Assembly (NCBI GenBank): GCA_976226885.1
Contig: OZ320316.1
Span: 76,198,001-76,262,000 of the forward strand
Reading direction: 5' to 3'
DNA length: 64,000 nucleotides
Source of the DNA: Iphione sp. A-MEVVRFRX5
Lineage: Eukaryota
Made by a program: the position numbers and the translations under genes. The notes under the pieces are model-generated. The model did no database searches. It saw nothing but the letters and a program-made list of their open reading frames with translations, and was not told the DNA's origin. Shown here one piece after another: positions 62,389 to 64,000 of the stretch; the first letter of the stretch is position 1; the number at the start of each line of letters is the position of its first letter.

Positions 62389-63549
62389 CTGAACAATAAA
62401 ACTATCACTTTACGAACACATTAAATCTCAATTCAGCAACAGTATTAATGGGCATACTAAAAGGTTTGACTGTCTATACAAAAATCAGTCCACAAATGAC
62501 CTCACTGATACCACAAAAATGCCTTTAAAATATTACGGAAGTATACTGTCTTAAGTCCGTTCACTCAGATGTGGTGTACATAGCAATCGTGTACGAATTC
62601 ATTTTTCTTCTATTTGAAAGGTTCATTTCTATCAACCACCACAGACACTGTGCTGTGTTGGATGACATGAAGTACGTGTTGTATATGTTTTTTTTCTATA
62701 AACATTGCTAACCTCAAAATGAGGATAGTTTCTACGCTATGTGCATGCTATGTGTACATGTTTATATTTGTCGTTTATGGTAGAGACATATTCAAGTGTG
62801 GTTTGATTTTGTTGTTTAATTCAAAGAAAGGATACGGGGAGAATCTGTGCATCATCCTTATCGCTGCTAAGGTAGTCTTTTTATATCGGATTTTAACCAC
62901 GGCTTTGTAGCTTGAGTACGGGCGGCAACTTGGGCTCGACATCATATCATATTTAACAGAAAAGAATCAAAGCCACATTCTAAACTCGTGTTGGTCCAAT
63001 GTTGTCAGCCATTTTTAAGCAAGTCTATTTCATCTGTTAGAGATGCCTATGATTTTCATCAGCATAATCATTCAGCGGAGAAGATTACCGAGATAGTCGA
63101 TTAAGTGCTATTATAATAATTTACAGTGTGGGCTCTCTGCAGTGATCACACTATACGTCAAGCCCATCTTAACCTTCATCAGAGGGGGTCTTTGCAGGGA
63201 GACTATATTCTACTGATTAACACCAATCTGTTCCATCAGCCGATTATTTGCCGTCGGAGGTGGTTGCTGGAGAGAGGTGTCCTTTATTCGCACTCCTACG
63301 GTCTAGATAAAACAAACAGGTGACAGTTTTACTACACATACTCCATCCGTATGTAGGCCTACACGTTTAAGAAAACACTTAATCAAGCGTATCATTTGGC
63401 GATATCTGACGCTCAAACTTCAGCAAAATGCAAGTCCCTGTTTCCATCTGGTTGAAGATGTTTCTCTTTAATCTATGTGCTTTCCATGACTGATGCAGAC
63501 CTATGACCACCCGGGCTAGACATAGTGATGACGCAGGAGGCCGCGGTAA

Positions 63550-63575
63550 CCCCCCACCCCCCACCCCCCACCCCC
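63550..63575 (-). other. G-quadruplex motif G5-T-G6-T-G6-T-G6 in a CpG-rich patch
   Basis: The + strand reads C6-A-C6-A-C6-A-C5. Confidence 0.75.
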
Positions 63576-64000
63576 TGTATAGCCCATTGTACTGGCGGTC
63601 AGTGTTCCCTATGAATATGGCGGTATCTTGCCCCGGTACTTGCGGCGGATTTATTGATGGAGTGTCCAGACACGCAGGAGGAAAACGGAGGGAAGAGTGC
63701 GACGGTGAGCGGTGCCGACCTGTACTCTCTACTGAATCCGACTGGAGCGCTACTGCCCCGCCCGATGCCACCATCGATTAGTTGTGCCCGTTCGTCCGAG
63801 GTCCACCGCCGCGGAGGCAAGCTCTCGATTGGGTCGCCTCCTCCATCTTCATCTCTGTATAGGGCAAGGTATTTGCCTTTGGATCGGTCTGTCTGTCTTT
63901 GCTGCGCTTATGTGGGCTTGCTCGTCAGTTTTTTCGTCTTCTTTTTAAACATTTTCTGACGCACCTCCGGTAGGCCTCTCTCTTTAGTATGTTTTAATTG

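Noticed and set aside
1-64000. CRISPR arrays, rRNA operons or other prokaryotic systems
   Set aside because: The window is eukaryotic with spliceosomal introns; its tandem repeats lack unique spacers and no cas or rRNA sequence is present.

Overview
AT-rich, intron-rich animal genomic DNA with GT-AG introns. By inference it is a marine invertebrate bilaterian (lancelet/mollusc-like); the species cannot be determined from sequence alone. The supplied ORF track misses most coding sequence, which I rebuilt by reading splice sites. Two genes converge. (1) On +, the last four coding exons (1513-1647, 2281-2374, 6960-7139, 7426-8096) of a protein with two tandem TIR_2-like domains. TIR-A keeps the catalytic-position Glu; TIR-B has Asp there and a 77-aa Gly/Ser/Ala insertion. 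(2) On -, 15 phase-compatible exons (55512 down to 16355, 1158 aa, N-terminus unresolved) of a tandem-domain protein tyrosine phosphatase resembling the Drosophila Ptp36E family. It has an atypical D1, a Cys-less D2, two candidate in-frame cassette exons inside D2, and a ~600-aa single-exon tail ending in the PDZ-type motif STSV. Introns and the intergenic gap hold a decayed Tigger/pogo transposon, three PIF/Harbinger-type MITEs, a Tc1/mariner-type MITE, a decayed LINE, two Helentron-like non-autonomous elements, mini/microsatellites, several transcription-factor motif clusters and a G-quadruplex motif. I found no rRNA, tRNA or CRISPR array.
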